Shown here: positions 29,301-37,418 of the stretch, piece after piece
Layout: each line of letters begins with the position of its first letter
How positions within the stretch are numbered: position 1 is the first letter of the stretch
Sequence record: OQ363659.1
Direction: 5' to 3' (one strand)
DNA length: 64,000 bases
Notes under the pieces: model-generated
Databases searched by the model: none
What the model saw: the letters and a program-made list of their open reading frames with translations, nothing else
Told to the model about the DNA's origin: nothing
Program-made: the position numbers and the translations under genes

Positions 29301-30478
29301 AGGAAGTCAGCTTCAGTTTTACCTGCGTTACCAGGCTGAGCCAACCACAGCTCGAAAGCAGATTGGCCATCCTCGCCATCAACACCGTCCGTGCCGTTGG
29401 TACCATCGTCGCCTTTATCGCCTTTCAGCGAGGCAATCCAAGCAGCTTCGGTGGTCAGGGATGGGTCCAGTTCTTTAGCGATCTCGAATGCAGACTTACC
29501 GTCTTCACCATCCGTACCGTTAGTACCATTGGTACCGTCAGAACCTTCCAGGCTTTCCAGGAACTGTGCTTCAGTACCGCTGTTACCAGCGTCGAGCCAC
29601 AGTTGATAAGCCGATGCACCTTCCAACGATTTCAAGTAATCGGATTCAGAACCTACGAAGCCTGCATCTTTAGCGGCTTCATAAGCAGACTTACCAGTCT
29701 CACCTTTCAGAGATGCAATGAAGGCTGCTTCGTCCACGAGAGACGGATCTTCTTCTTTTGCGATATCGAAGGCGGACTTACCTTCCAGCGACTTGAGGTA
29801 TTCTTCTTCAGTGCCTACGAAACCAGCTTTAACAGCAGCTTCATATGCGGATTCACCAGTTTCACCTTTCTGTGCGGCCAGGTACTCTGCTTCGGTCTTA
29901 CCGGCATTACCCGGTTGGGATTGCCAGACCTCAAAAGCAGACTTACCGTCAGGGCCAATCGGACCGATGTCGCCGTCTTTACCAGCGTCGCCGGTATCAC
30001 CCTTGGCACCTTTCAAAGAAAGTAACCATTGTGCTTCTGTACCAACATAACCTTGCTCTACGGCAGTTTGATAAGCCGATTTACCAACCAAAGTTTTTAG
30101 GAAGTCAGCTTCAGTACCGATGAAGCCATTACGTAGAGCGACATCATAGATCGACTCACCTACTTCACCCTCATCGCCTTTCAGCGACGCGATGAATGCG
30201 GCCTCATCACCCACAAAGCCCAGATCGACTGCGATCTGATAAGCGGACTTACCTTCTAACGAGACAAGCCATTGTTCAACAGTGCCTACGTAGCCGTTCT
30301 GGACAGCAATCTCGTAAGCGGACAGACCTGCGTTATTGCGGATCTTGGAAACTAATAGACGGTAGTTTTTATACGTACCATCCGCTTCCATGCGGATAAC
30401 TTCCAGAAACTCATCGCCACCGATACTCAGTAGCGAATCCATTCCAGAGATCATACCCTTCTTATTTGACTCTGCCAT
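26363..30478 (-). CDS. Long collagen-like fibre protein (1371 aa)
   Basis: About 20 GKSAY..A...GF.G.E..WL.SL repeats, Gly-X-Y runs, repeated small beta knobs, foldon-like repeats near the C-terminus. Confidence 0.88.
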   Translation of the reverse strand: MAESNKKGMISGMDSLLSIGGDEFLEVIRMEADGTYKNYRLLVSKIRNNAGLSAYEIAVQNGYVGTVEQWLVSLEGKSAYQIAVDLGFVGDEAAFIASLKGDEGEVGESIYDVALRNGFIGTEADFLKTLVGKSAYQTAVEQGYVGTEAQWLLSLKGAKGDTGDAGKDGDIGPIGPDGKSAFEVWQSQPGNAGKTEAEYLAAQKGETGESAYEAAVKAGFVGTEEEYLKSLEGKSAFDIAKEEDPSLVDEAAFIASLKGETGKSAYEAAKDAGFVGSESDYLKSLEGASAYQLWLDAGNSGTEAQFLESLEGSDGTNGTNGTDGEDGKSAFEIAKELDPSLTTEAAWIASLKGDKGDDGTNGTDGVDGEDGQSAFELWLAQPGNAGKTEADFLNALKGADGDSAYQVAVDDGFVGTLQQWLESLVGEKGDIGQGLNVIDTISEEQFQEVVDLGESVVGDAYIVDTFLHVWNGTAWVKSNSMQGPEGRGLNYLGEWPTGAELPLDVNYKAGDTYVWRSSLWTLVEQPTRRWVDIGVPGPVGKSAYQSWLDIGNTGTESDFIASLKGTKGDRGTDGTNGTNGIDGEKGDDGDSAYAVAVANGFVGTEVQWLASLKGDEGDKGDPALAFEIKGRLTNESELPRPGTPAEAYYVGSDLYIWIVDETTPANSDYVNFGSLNGKSAYDIAVENGFVGTEDVWLASLKGTNGVDGTDGTDGRNLQVKGTQANLAAIQALPTPADQDAWVALDTGHLHIYATSAWIDAGPFRGEDGADGTDGVDGKSVYQIWLDAGNSGTEAEFLATLKGADGADGTDGTNGRNVVIKGSVANQAALPVGAAEQDAYTTLDTGILYMWISGAWVNLGQFKGDKGDKGETGNNGTDGTDGVDGAVGPAGPGLNIKGEVDLIANLPDPSTLEVGDAYYTQEDGRLYQVNDAGVYNPGIYLRGEKGEDGEQGIQGPAGTSITIMGSYATESALKAAHPTGTAGEGYLVGSDLYLYGINPVGGATEWFNAGPVRGPQGEQGIQGKTGLKGNTGNTGERGSLWLVLPNGVFEPTPDYGRAGDWAVNAQFDTFYKDNTSGWLQMGRLVAGDVNSPLPNLGKVVRLGSDWVKLPVDEVPSLVSGKVYGRQLKSGTTDEGEWVEIQFPAFPEPTADGKLYARSRANGQTNGAWTEVPAGIADLTVKDGKNYVRVYEAAGSAPIWKEIVIPSAGIGEAPTTAGKTYLRSGQNTNWVEYTGINAPADAKKYLRTATDWVAFDSYDTASTAVAAGTASATFNAATQQLMDITNTTGAVAKTINFTNLPGAGRATTLVLLVRGSVAALSFQINGTAVTASNLIWNGGVAPTYQAGINVVTFLVIGGASPVLIGAVGAQTAS

Positions 30479-30583
30479 CGCGATGTTCCTTTAAAAGAGA
30501 GCCTTAGTAAAATCAACCGGTCGTCTTACTAAAACTAGAATAAGACTCATACAGTAGGTAAAAAATTACTGAGACGGCATAAA

Positions 30584-30601
30584 GGAAACCCGAAGGTTTC
30601 C
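30584..30601 (-). terminator. Intrinsic terminator
   Basis: GGAAACC-TTCG-GGTTTCC then TTTATGCC. Confidence 0.8.
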
Positions 30602-30608
30602 CCTATGT

Positions 30609-31145
30609 TTACGGCTGTACTACACCAGCGTCGAGTTTCCAATCGCCATTGCCATCTTTGGTAAAGCCGATGTCAGTCAGCAGTGCCAGGAGAGAAGCAG
30701 AGGTAGCGAACTTTGCATCGTCCGTACCAGCGATCAGTTCAGCGCCAGTTGCTTTCACCGGTACATCACCAGCGTCAGCTTTAGCATCCAATGCATCTTG
30801 CAGGTCAGTGACCTTCGAGATATCCAGGTCTGGTACTTGTGCCACTGGTACTTTGCCAGCTACCAGAGAAGCAACACTAGTACCTACGTCAGTGGTCTTA
30901 ACGGTAGCAGCCAGAGCTGCATCCAGACCATCGATGTCGGCAGTAGTCAGAGTCTGTGCATCCAGCTTATCATCGATAAGTTGGTTAACAGCAGCAGTGC
31001 TCAGGCCACCTACTAGCGAACCACCCGCAGTGACACCGTCATGCACGTAAACCAGTTTGGTAGTTAGGTCAACGAAGAGCGAGCCTTCAGCGCCTACCCA
31101 AGCAGCGGCTTGTGCAGTAGTACCACGTTTGAATTGAATAACCAT
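30609..31145 (-). CDS. Short fibre protein with Mtd/hyaluronidase-like N-terminal motif
   Basis: IQFKRGT...GSLFVD...VHDGVTAGG; IDGLDAAL and VTDLQDALDAK tail repeats. Confidence 0.7.
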   Translation of the reverse strand: MVIQFKRGTTAQAAAWVGAEGSLFVDLTTKLVYVHDGVTAGGSLVGGLSTAAVNQLIDDKLDAQTLTTADIDGLDAALAATVKTTDVGTSVASLVAGKVPVAQVPDLDISKVTDLQDALDAKADAGDVPVKATGAELIAGTDDAKFATSASLLALLTDIGFTKDGNGDWKLDAGVVQP

Positions 31146-31168
31146 GATCAGTTCCTTCTATGGAATTA

Positions 31169-31762
31169 TTACGGCGTTACGCGACCTTCGTCAAAGACGA
31201 TGTCTTTCATATCGCTTGTATACCGAATACCCGGAAGTGCCAGAAGCACTTTCATTACTTCGGTAGTCGTCCGAGACCGCAGGAGATACCGAGCGAACTC
31301 AGTCTTCTGTGGTTCGGACACAGGCTTATCCTTGTCCAAGGTATTGTCGATCTGATCAAGACCGACGTCAGCAGGTGTGAGTTCTTTAAAGACACCCACA
31401 CCGTCTGCATCTGCTGTCAATACCTGCCCAGCTTTTGCAGCATCGTGTTCGTACAGAGCTTTCACCGATTGAACCCATTCGGATTCAGTGCCGGTGAACT
31501 CGCCAATACGAACAGCGGTTTGGTAAGCTGATTCGCCAACCAGCGTTTTCAGCCATTCAGCCTCTGTTCCAACAAAGCCGTTCGTCACAGCCAGGTCATA
31601 TGCAGTTTTACCTACACGGAGCTTAGAAGCCAATGTACGATAGTTCTTATAAGAACCATCTGGCATCAGCCGAACAACTTCTACGAATTCATCCCCTGAA
31701 AGACTCAGCAGAGATTCAAACCCAGAAATCATACTTTTGTTTACGGCGTTAGTCTCAGCCAT
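31169..31762 (-). CDS. Short fibre protein sharing its N-terminus with the 1371-aa fibre
   Basis: MISGFESLLSLSGDEFVEVVR...YKNYR, SAY repeats, DVGLDQIDNTLDKDKPVS repeat. Confidence 0.75.
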   Translation of the reverse strand: MAETNAVNKSMISGFESLLSLSGDEFVEVVRLMPDGSYKNYRTLASKLRVGKTAYDLAVTNGFVGTEAEWLKTLVGESAYQTAVRIGEFTGTESEWVQSVKALYEHDAAKAGQVLTADADGVGVFKELTPADVGLDQIDNTLDKDKPVSEPQKTEFARYLLRSRTTTEVMKVLLALPGIRYTSDMKDIVFDEGRVTP

Positions 31763-31790
31763 GACTAGATCCTTTTCTTACATAGAATTG

Positions 31791-32567
31791 TCAGCCCCGA
31801 TGGGCTGCAACTTTGGATTCGAACAGTTTGATGATCGCACCGATCGTCAACGGAGTCTTCTTATCACGGGCGTAGAAGATACCGACGTTAGCTGCTGCTT
31901 GGCGTGGGAACAACTCTGCACCAAGTGCTGATTGATCAGCTAGTAAGAATTTCTTAGCCGTACCAGCACCAAAGAAGTGCGCAGCATACAACTCAGTATC
32001 CGTTGGTTCACGACCCAGGCCTTGACGCAGAATACGCGCGTTGTCTTTCAGGAACTCAGCACCCATCAAGCCATTAGCTCGTGGGTCAGTTCGCAAACTA
32101 CGACGAGCGTTATCCTTCAGTGCGTACTTGCCGAACGTTTGCGTCAGGATGTCATCCCAAGTCTTATCTAAGAATTGGAACCAACCTGTAGCACTAGAGG
32201 TCGAAGCTTTCACCGTGTAATCGAAGTTAGATTCGATCGATGCGAAGGTAGCCAACAGAGTTGGACTTACACCCGTAATCTTTCCAATTGCTTCTAAGGT
32301 CGGCATGGCAGCGGAGCGTGACCGATTAGCCTTAGGCATTGGGATAGGATCTAGGACTGAACTTTGCACTAGTCCCAACGCAGTCAGCGTTGCGTTACCA
32401 GCAATACCATCCGCTACCAGGTTAGTGGCTTTCTGGAAAGCAACCACTGCGTTATACGTTGCTGGACCAAACTGACCATCGGCTACGAGTTTGTATCCTT
32501 TACGCACTAATGCTTCCTGCAATTTGCGAACGGAGTCGCTAGTGTCACCTTGTTTTAAAGCAGCCAT
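31791..32567 (-). CDS. Modular endolysin: peptidoglycan-binding domain plus lytic transglycosylase (KZ144-like)
   Basis: LKQGD...LQEAL...DGQFGPATYNAVVAFQ...DGIAG; IESNFD catalytic Glu, ATGWFQF, YAAHFFG. Confidence 0.93.
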   Translation of the reverse strand: MAALKQGDTSDSVRKLQEALVRKGYKLVADGQFGPATYNAVVAFQKATNLVADGIAGNATLTALGLVQSSVLDPIPMPKANRSRSAAMPTLEAIGKITGVSPTLLATFASIESNFDYTVKASTSSATGWFQFLDKTWDDILTQTFGKYALKDNARRSLRTDPRANGLMGAEFLKDNARILRQGLGREPTDTELYAAHFFGAGTAKKFLLADQSALGAELFPRQAAANVGIFYARDKKTPLTIGAIIKLFESKVAAHRG

Positions 32568-32576
32568 GTTAATACC

Positions 32577-33116
32577 TCAGCGGTGCTCGAGTTCTCGGAT
32601 TTCTCCATTTTCCAGTTGGCGCATGTCACCATCTTCCAGGTAACGCGCAAATGGATTCGCATCAATCACATCTACAATGATGTCGGTCTCGCCGTAGTAA
32701 GGGTAGCTACCTGTCATTGCCTTCAGGCGATAGACAAATGAAGCCTCACTGTTTTCAATAACGACTGTAGAGAATGAAATGTCATCAGGGCCGAAAGACA
32801 TCTTCCGACTACGATTGATTTCAGCAGCGATATTAGCCGGGGTTGGAAGCCCCACAATTTTGATTCTTGTGCTCGTGCCTAGTACCTTTGGGTGTGCCAA
32901 ATCCAGACGACGATATACGAAGAATTCTTTAAGCCCCGTAAGGAGGTTGGTCATCTCAATAAAGGTACGGCCAGGGATGGCAGGCAGAGGGGCAAAGAAC
33001 ATGTCCTCAAAGCTAACTTGATTAGGTTTATAGTTCCTTTTCAAGTCATGGTTCACCTGCGCCACGAGTGCATCGCGGGAAGGCGTATCAAACGGGAAAC
33101 GATCTGTTGTGATCAT
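32577..33116 (-). CDS. Virion structural protein ending in an R-x-L-E-[DN]-G repeat
   Basis: FVYRRLDL block shared with 50516 and 51402; C-terminus ARYLEDGDMRQLENGEIRELEHR. Confidence 0.7.
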   Translation of the reverse strand: MITTDRFPFDTPSRDALVAQVNHDLKRNYKPNQVSFEDMFFAPLPAIPGRTFIEMTNLLTGLKEFFVYRRLDLAHPKVLGTSTRIKIVGLPTPANIAAEINRSRKMSFGPDDISFSTVVIENSEASFVYRLKAMTGSYPYYGETDIIVDVIDANPFARYLEDGDMRQLENGEIRELEHR

Positions 33117-33171
33117 GTTTTAACCTCAGTCCTGTGGTTACAAAGTTGATTAACCCACATAGCATAATAAA

Positions 33172-33194
33172 GTCCGTCCCATAAAGGGACGGAC
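33172..33194 (-). terminator. Intrinsic terminator
   Basis: GTCCGTCCC-TTTAT-GGGACGGAC then TTTATTATG. Confidence 0.8.
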
Positions 33195-33205
33195 AGTATT
33201 ATTTT

Positions 33206-33604
33206 TCAACCTGAGATAAGCAGTTTCGCAATTTCAAACAGCCCTGTGATCAGTACTTTGAACACGTCGGTAACGCCCGCAGCTGCTTCGCCTTCCAATT
33301 TGGCAACACTTCCAGCAAAGCCCAGTCCTGCCATCACAGCCAGTACGGCCATTGACAAGACTAGGAACTTATAACTGTCTTTCTTCCTCAGGGGCGTGAA
33401 CTCCTTTTGGAAGATGGTATCCTGTTTCTCACGCTCAGCGCGATAGATAGCTGAAATGGCTTCAGTGCCGGTCGAAGACGTCGTCAATGCGGTCTCGCCG
33501 GATAGCAACAGCTCATTGTTCAGGTATCCAATCAGCATTGCTGCTGTGGGGTGAGTTGAAATCGGACTCCGGTCAATCTCATTTAGGATTTCCGAGATTT
33601 TCAT
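33206..33604 (-). CDS. Two-TM membrane protein, holin candidate
   Basis: Start MKISE at 33604; soluble N-terminus and C-terminal hydrophobic helices; last gene of the spanin operon. Confidence 0.55.
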   Translation of the reverse strand: MKISEILNEIDRSPISTHPTAAMLIGYLNNELLLSGETALTTSSTGTEAISAIYRAEREKQDTIFQKEFTPLRKKDSYKFLVLSMAVLAVMAGLGFAGSVAKLEGEAAAGVTDVFKVLITGLFEIAKLLISG

Positions 33605-34052
33605 TAGGCTTCTCCAAACCACGATGTTTGTTTACCCACTCACGTGATTTGCGCACTTGTTGGTTACATACCCCCAGTGCATCTGTTTGTAGGAGCCAGT
33701 GATCAGACATCAACAGGTAACGTGCTTCCCAATCCGTCATCTTACCGACCACACGATAACGCTGCGCAGCGTTAATTATGTCGTCGGCTGTTGGGGGTGG
33801 TGAGACGTAGCATTCAGCGGTTAGTACCGATGGCATTACAACCGGTACCACGTTCTGGGGCGGCTTTGCAGTAGTGGTCGTGCATCCTGTTAGCCAGGAG
33901 CACAATGCGATCAGCATCACTGCTAGCAACAGGCCTTTCGGGGGCGGGCCTATTTTCAACTGCTTTTGGCCGCGTTGCAACCTTTGCCTTAGGCTTGTCC
34001 ACACTCGGGGCGGGGACAACCGGGGCGGTTGCCATGTCAATGTAGTCATCAA
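33579..34052 (-). CDS. o-spanin (Rz1-like lipoprotein); true start uncertain
   Basis: LLLAVMLIALCSWLTG-C lipobox, Pro-rich ECYVSPPP, GVCNQQV; overlaps the i-spanin in another frame. Confidence 0.78.
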   Translation of the reverse strand: MMTTLTWQPPRLSPPRVWTSLRQRLQRGQKQLKIGPPPKGLLLAVMLIALCSWLTGCTTTTAKPPQNVVPVVMPSVLTAECYVSPPPTADDIINAAQRYRVVGKMTDWEARYLLMSDHWLLQTDALGVCNQQVRKSREWVNKHRGLEKPNENLGNPK

Positions 34053-34317
34053 TCACTCCTTCACGTGACTGCTGTAGCTCTTCCTTCACATCTTCTTTTT
34101 GTTGGACAAATTCAGTAACGACCTGATCCGAGATGGTGGCGGATTGATCCTGATATTTAACTGTCTCCGTAAGCACTGAGTTCTCGGTAATTAACCCACC
34201 GACTTGTTCAGTTCGCTTTTCGTATTTGTCCCACACCAAATAACCTACTCCTAACATTGCCACAATGACACCTGCTAGCAGCCACTCATACCAATGCAGA
34301 CTTTTAAAAAACATCAT
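33814..34317 (-). CDS. i-spanin (Rz-like)
   Basis: N-terminal TM, periplasmic coiled coil, C-terminal HYC...GC. Confidence 0.78.
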   Translation of the reverse strand: MMFFKSLHWYEWLLAGVIVAMLGVGYLVWDKYEKRTEQVGGLITENSVLTETVKYQDQSATISDQVVTEFVQQKEDVKEELQQSREGVIDDYIDMATAPVVPAPSVDKPKAKVATRPKAVENRPAPERPVASSDADRIVLLANRMHDHYCKAAPERGTGCNAIGTNR

Positions 34318-34958
34318 CGTCTTTTACCTCGTCTCCGCTTTTTGCGTTCCTTCTTGACCTTGATCTTCTTGACAGGCTCAGCGGGCATTACCCTAGGGGT
34401 TATGTGTTCGGCACAATACAGCCCGATAGCGCAAGCATCGACACTGTGTTCGTCAAGTGATTCTAGATCGACGTTCCACTTAATGCCTTTACGTTTACGC
34501 ATTGCACGACGTACATCTTCCTTATCAGTTCCTTTAATGCGTTCCATACCCGCATTGATCTTCGCAGTGGATGGATCAACTTGGAACAAAGGCATAAAGG
34601 GGTCGTACATATACACAGCACTACGTACCATCGCAACGCACTCAACGAGCGCTGCGAAGGCGGTAGCGAAACGTCCTAGATAGTTAGCCTCTACAATAAC
34701 CGCATGTGGCCTGTGCGTTCTCAGGAGGTCTAGGACAGCATCTCCGAGTTGCATCAAGCGTATTACGCGGTTACCATGGAGGTCACCTAGCTCCGAGTAC
34801 ATCGGGCAGGTATCCTTCAGATGTACAGTGAAGGATTCATCCATTGTTACATCAGAACCGTCGAGCTGGTCTAGTAGAATCGCTACACCTAAGTGCGAAG
34901 AGCCAGGGTCGAGAGACAGAATCTTAAAGGGTTCTGAATTCGCTGGCATCTTAAGCAT
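34314..34958 (-). CDS. ruvC: RuvC-like Holliday junction resolvase
   Basis: ILSLDPGS, VIVEAN, KEDV, DEHSVDACAIG acidic tetrad; basic tail. Confidence 0.88.
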   Translation of the reverse strand: MLKMPANSEPFKILSLDPGSSHLGVAILLDQLDGSDVTMDESFTVHLKDTCPMYSELGDLHGNRVIRLMQLGDAVLDLLRTHRPHAVIVEANYLGRFATAFAALVECVAMVRSAVYMYDPFMPLFQVDPSTAKINAGMERIKGTDKEDVRRAMRKRKGIKWNVDLESLDEHSVDACAIGLYCAEHITPRVMPAEPVKKIKVKKERKKRRRGKRR

Positions 34959-34960
34959 AA

Positions 34961-35860
34961 TTAGACCTTAGCAAATTCTGCAACGTTCAGGGCTTGATCA
35001 CCAAGCATTGGTTCCGAAGCACCGATATCGTAGACCATGGTCAGACCGTTCGAGTTATAAGCGATTGGGTGGTTGGTTGCAACGTGTACGGAGATCTGAG
35101 CACCGATGACCTCGTTGTAGTCGAAGCTACCGCCACCACCTGCTGCACCCGATACCAGTTTATCCACACCGGTAACCAAACCGATCTCGGAGATAACAGG
35201 GGAACGAGTCGAGCCGGTACGAACGCGGTGAGCGTTAACGATCTCAGCGATGTCTTCCTTAGTGAACTTAACTTCTACAATAGCAGAAGCCGAGATGTAC
35301 TTAGGGGAACCTACAACAACACCAGTATTCGGGATAGCTGGTGGCGTAGGGTTCAGGTCATCCAGGGTTGGTACGTATGGCTTTGTAACTTCTACCCCGT
35401 TGATGATTTCGATTTCCAACAGTTGTGGAACAACAGCAGAGATGTTGATTCGACGACCGTAGTATGCAAAGTAAGGTTTCCCTTTATGGGTCTCGGCAGT
35501 ACGCAGACAATACTTCTCACGTTCCAATGCAGTCAGGTCATCAGTGACTTCCCGCAACACGAATGGAATGTGATTGTACAAACCGTTATGGTTGGTGCGG
35601 TGTGGACGAACATCAGTTTCATCAGAGCCATCATCAGCAACAACAGTGTAGTGACCTTTGTTACCAATCACGAGGTAACGGAAGTTCAGGGATTGTGCAT
35701 CAGCTGGCAGTACGCCATTTTGTACGTTGAACTTTTGGTTCAGCGTGGTATTCTTTAGCAGGGCGAGCTTCTGAGGTAGCCCTAAATACTTGACAGTTTG
35801 CAACAGTGCCCCGACTGCTGTCCGAGTCACGTTAACGACTTGTTGGTCTAGAATCGACAT
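34961..35860 (-). CDS. Virion (baseplate-type) structural protein (phiKZ gp139-like)
   Basis: YLVIGNKGH...[10 protein letters not shown]...[11 protein letters not shown] pattern; synteny. Confidence 0.75.
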   Translation of the reverse strand: MSILDQQVVNVTRTAVGALLQTVKYLGLPQKLALLKNTTLNQKFNVQNGVLPADAQSLNFRYLVIGNKGHYTVVADDGSDETDVRPHRTNHNGLYNHIPFVLREVTDDLTALEREKYCLRTAETHKGKPYFAYYGRRINISAVVPQLLEIEIINGVEVTKPYVPTLDDLNPTPPAIPNTGVVVGSPKYISASAIVEVKFTKEDIAEIVNAHRVRTGSTRSPVISEIGLVTGVDKLVSGAAGGGGSFDYNEVIGAQISVHVATNHPIAYNSNGLTMVYDIGASEPMLGDQALNVAEFAKV

Positions 35861-35891
35861 GGGTGAATCCTTTGCGAATTAGTACATTGTA

Positions 35892-36398
35892 CTATTGAGT
35901 TGAATTGTCTTGTTTGCAAGTAGTATGGCATCCACGAATCATGGTACATGCCCAAAGCCCACCGAGTGGCGACTCATTAACTTGGTGGACTGTAGAAAGA
36001 CGGAAAGCGATACCTTCCCCTTTCTTAACGTAGACTGTGTCACCTTCCAGGTTGATATGCATGCCGTCCTGCAACGCATATGCAATTACAGTACCACATC
36101 CTTTCGAACCTACCCACACTGTCATGGTATCTAAGAAACCGGTGTGTGGGGAGAACTCTAAGAACCAGCACTGTAGCGAGCGCTTAACGATGTTCTCGGG
36201 AATGATCGAGCTATACTTAGCACGTTGATGACGGTTCCATGAGAACCAACGGCTGTACTGGTACTTACTTTCTTTTTCAAGAATGTTTTTACCGACACGA
36301 AGTCGGTGACCTACGGAATCAAGCATGGTTAGTTCGCCACGTAAAGCGACGAGCTCTTCTACTTGTTTTTCATCCAAGGCTGGCAAAAGTGTATACAT
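35892..36398 (-). CDS. Degenerate 2OG-Fe(II) oxygenase-fold protein
   Basis: CWFLEF..GFLDTM, VIAYAL, GEGIAF..VHQV pattern parallels the upstream oxygenase but the HxD His is missing. Confidence 0.55.
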   Translation of the reverse strand: MYTLLPALDEKQVEELVALRGELTMLDSVGHRLRVGKNILEKESKYQYSRWFSWNRHQRAKYSSIIPENIVKRSLQCWFLEFSPHTGFLDTMTVWVGSKGCGTVIAYALQDGMHINLEGDTVYVKKGEGIAFRLSTVHQVNESPLGGLWACTMIRGCHTTCKQDNSTQ

Positions 36399-36406
36399 GG
36401 CAACAC

Positions 36407-36859
36407 CTAGTTGTAGAGGTAGATAAGGACGTACCGACGTTTAGAAACTGGTGGTACACCATGAGGTTCTGATTTGATCGGGAATACAACGCCTTCACCA
36501 GGACGATCTTGATGGAACACTCCAGAGATTTCGATACCATCACCATCGTCATTTAAAGCAATAACCATGTTGTGGCGATAGTACGCTCGGTCTATGTGCT
36601 CAGGCATTCCTGTACCGGGTTCATAACGATTGACGCAAACTTCCCCTAAAGGACAACGTTCAATGTCCGGGGCGAGTGCCCAAAGGACTTCACGTAGTGC
36701 CTTAGGCATCTGCCTGTCTCCTAAGAACCAGTAGTCGGCTGTAGGATCGCCCTGGGTTGGTATTGAGTTGATCTTGGTGCGATGATACCAGTAACTCTCA
36801 GGAAGCTCTTCTAGAGCCTCCCTGATAGCTTTAGCGACATCAGCTGAAAACGCGACCAC
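36407..36859 (-). CDS. 2OG-Fe(II) oxygenase
   Basis: VNRYEPG.GMPEHID (HxD), EPHGV (distal His), RRYVLI (2OG-binding Arg); probable GTG start at 36859 (track extends to 37033). Confidence 0.8.
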   Translation of the reverse strand: MVAFSADVAKAIREALEELPESYWYHRTKINSIPTQGDPTADYWFLGDRQMPKALREVLWALAPDIERCPLGEVCVNRYEPGTGMPEHIDRAYYRHNMVIALNDDGDGIEISGVFHQDRPGEGVVFPIKSEPHGVPPVSKRRYVLIYLYN

Positions 36860-37406
36860 CCGTGACCTGTCTTGGACCGAGTGCCTCGTGTACACCGCCT
36901 TCGTAACGCTGGAGCTCTTGTTCAGCAAGTTCTGCATTGGAGATGTATTGATAGGCTGGGTCATTTGCGTAAGACTCCTTGTGTTCCCGGTTGGTGTTGC
37001 GAGCCAGTTGAATGTAATCCAGTAGCTCTTCAAGTTCGTCTAGTTCGATCCCATGTTCTTTCGCCAGGGTTTGAACTGCTCGACCTAGGATGTTTACCTG
37101 TTCAGCGATCGGATAACGTTCAGTGATCTTGGTGGCCATCATCTGATCGAGTTCCATTTCGTAGATAACTTGCGGTAGATCCGATTTGGCAACGATCTTG
37201 TAGTCTGGGTAAGTACCCTGAACAACGTCTTCGGTCAGACTCATTTGGTCTGTTACGAAAACGAAATGTCCAGGGTTGGTCAGATCTTCGATCTTGGTAT
37301 TAGCCAGGGCGAACAAGAAGACGCCGTTAACTTTGTTGAACCCGAGTACACACTCAGAGCGATTTTCTTGTGTACCTAGTGCTTGAACTACGTCAGTGCT
37401 AAGCAT
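36840..37406 (-). CDS. Hypothetical protein in the fibre operon
   Basis: 188 aa, AAGGA RBS; KITERYPIAEQVN block resembles fibre-assembly proteins. Confidence 0.7.
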   Translation of the reverse strand: MLSTDVVQALGTQENRSECVLGFNKVNGVFLFALANTKIEDLTNPGHFVFVTDQMSLTEDVVQGTYPDYKIVAKSDLPQVIYEMELDQMMATKITERYPIAEQVNILGRAVQTLAKEHGIELDELEELLDYIQLARNTNREHKESYANDPAYQYISNAELAEQELQRYEGGVHEALGPRQVTGGRVFS

Positions 37407-37418
37407 GTTTGTTTTCCT

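Noticed and set aside
26363-30478. Repeats in the fibre gene as a DGR, shufflon or CRISPR signal
   Set aside because: The repeats are conserved at protein level with synonymous divergence. There is no reverse transcriptase, invertase, TR/VR pair or spacer array.
30504-30532. AT-rich hairpin in the leader of the large fibre gene
   Set aside because: A weak stem that does not cover the RBS; no further support for regulation.
30562-30569. AAAATTAC middle-promoter-like motif on the plus strand between two minus-strand genes
   Set aside because: No downstream plus-strand gene, and a terminator hairpin follows immediately; a short motif in AT-rich DNA.
32568-32579. In-frame TGA-GGTATTAAC-ATG between the 179-aa structural gene and the endolysin
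   Set aside because: The GAGGT SD gives the endolysin its own start, TGA-G is a tighter context, and in-frame spacing is expected one time in three.
36811-36840. TGATG overlap suggesting a gene start MSLKLSGRL
   Set aside because: The frame closes after 9 codons; the oxygenase is in another frame with a GTG at 36859.
36860-37033. N-terminal extension of the oxygenase ORF in the track
   Set aside because: It overlaps the upstream gene by about 190 nt and has no RBS; most likely not translated.
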